In this document: in pieces, positions 63,690 to 64,000 of the stretch | Numbering within the stretch: the first letter of the stretch is position 1 | Layout of the letters: each line of letters opens with the position of its first letter | IMG/VR virus record: IMGVR_UViG_3300013117_000371 | DNA length: 64,000 nt | Strand: one strand, 5' to 3' | DNA from: a virus | Translations under genes and position numbers: made by a program | The notes under the pieces: model-generated | The model's database searches: none | The model's input: only the letters and a program-made list of their open reading frames with translations | What the model was told of the DNA's origin: nothing

Positions 63690-64000
63690 TTGGCGGAAAT
63701 GCTGAAGGAGGATACGGGGACACCCTTCTTGGACTCCGGAGGCACCCAGCAACCCGACGGGACATTCCTGCACGGCTATGGCCGCCATTGGCAACGCAAC
63801 CAGGGGCGGGACTTCGAGCAGGAGCGGTGGGCGGGGGTCCACTTCAGGTATGGTGAAGTCAACTTCACCTACTCCATCTACCACTGGCTTAAGGAGCGGC
63901 TCGTGTTCAATGAGGAACTGGACGCAAACTTCCACGCCTTCTGCGAGCTCAGGGAGAACCAGCACCACGTCCCGAGCGGGGGTTTCCGACAGCAGCCGGT
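63690..64000 (+). CDS. phage hypothetical protein, runs off window end
   Basis: Read manually: ..AEMLKEDTGTPFLDSGG...YGRHWQRNQGRDFEQE; start approximate. Confidence 0.6.
   Translation, partial: MAEMLKEDTGTPFLDSGGTQQPDGTFLHGYGRHWQRNQGRDFEQERWAGVHFRYGEVNFTYSIYHWLKERLVFNEELDANFHAFCELRENQHHVPSGGFRQQP

Noticed and set aside
1-64000. tRNA/rRNA genes, integrase/att sites, major capsid, terminase, alternative genetic code
   Set aside because: None recognised by eye; ORFs tile well under code 11 with all three stops used; the missing core genes probably lie outside the window

Overview
A GC-rich 64-kb segment of a large, probably jumbo-class tailed phage genome. No integrase, host housekeeping genes, rRNA, tRNA or CRISPR array were seen. 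The left arm (1-25.4 kb, mostly minus strand) is a virion/morphogenesis module: putative portal, baseplate spike-like protein, signal-peptide and beta-helix proteins, and several proteins carrying a recurrent (E)K-x-A motif. Embedded in it is a 2012-aa single-chain fusion of bacterial-type RNA polymerase beta and beta' subunits, and a divergently transcribed RecD/Dda-like SF1 helicase with degenerate ATPase motifs. The right arm (25.7-64 kb, plus strand) starts with a modular endolysin and about 30 small acidic or Zn-finger early-type genes, one interrupted by a tnpB-only IS200/IS605 element whose ends, TAM and guide can be reconstructed. It continues with a RuvC-like nuclease, two Ig-like or decoration genes, an origin-like hairpin region, KhpA and an SLT-like enzyme. 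A replication/recombination block follows: intein-containing SF2 helicase, family-4 UDG, DnaB, primase, SSB, family A polymerase, RecA, resolvase, PD-(D/E)xK nuclease and a UvsY-like protein. The window ends with an AAA+/DUF1257/DUF2997/DUF3150-like cluster. All family assignments come from motif recognition by eye, not database searches.
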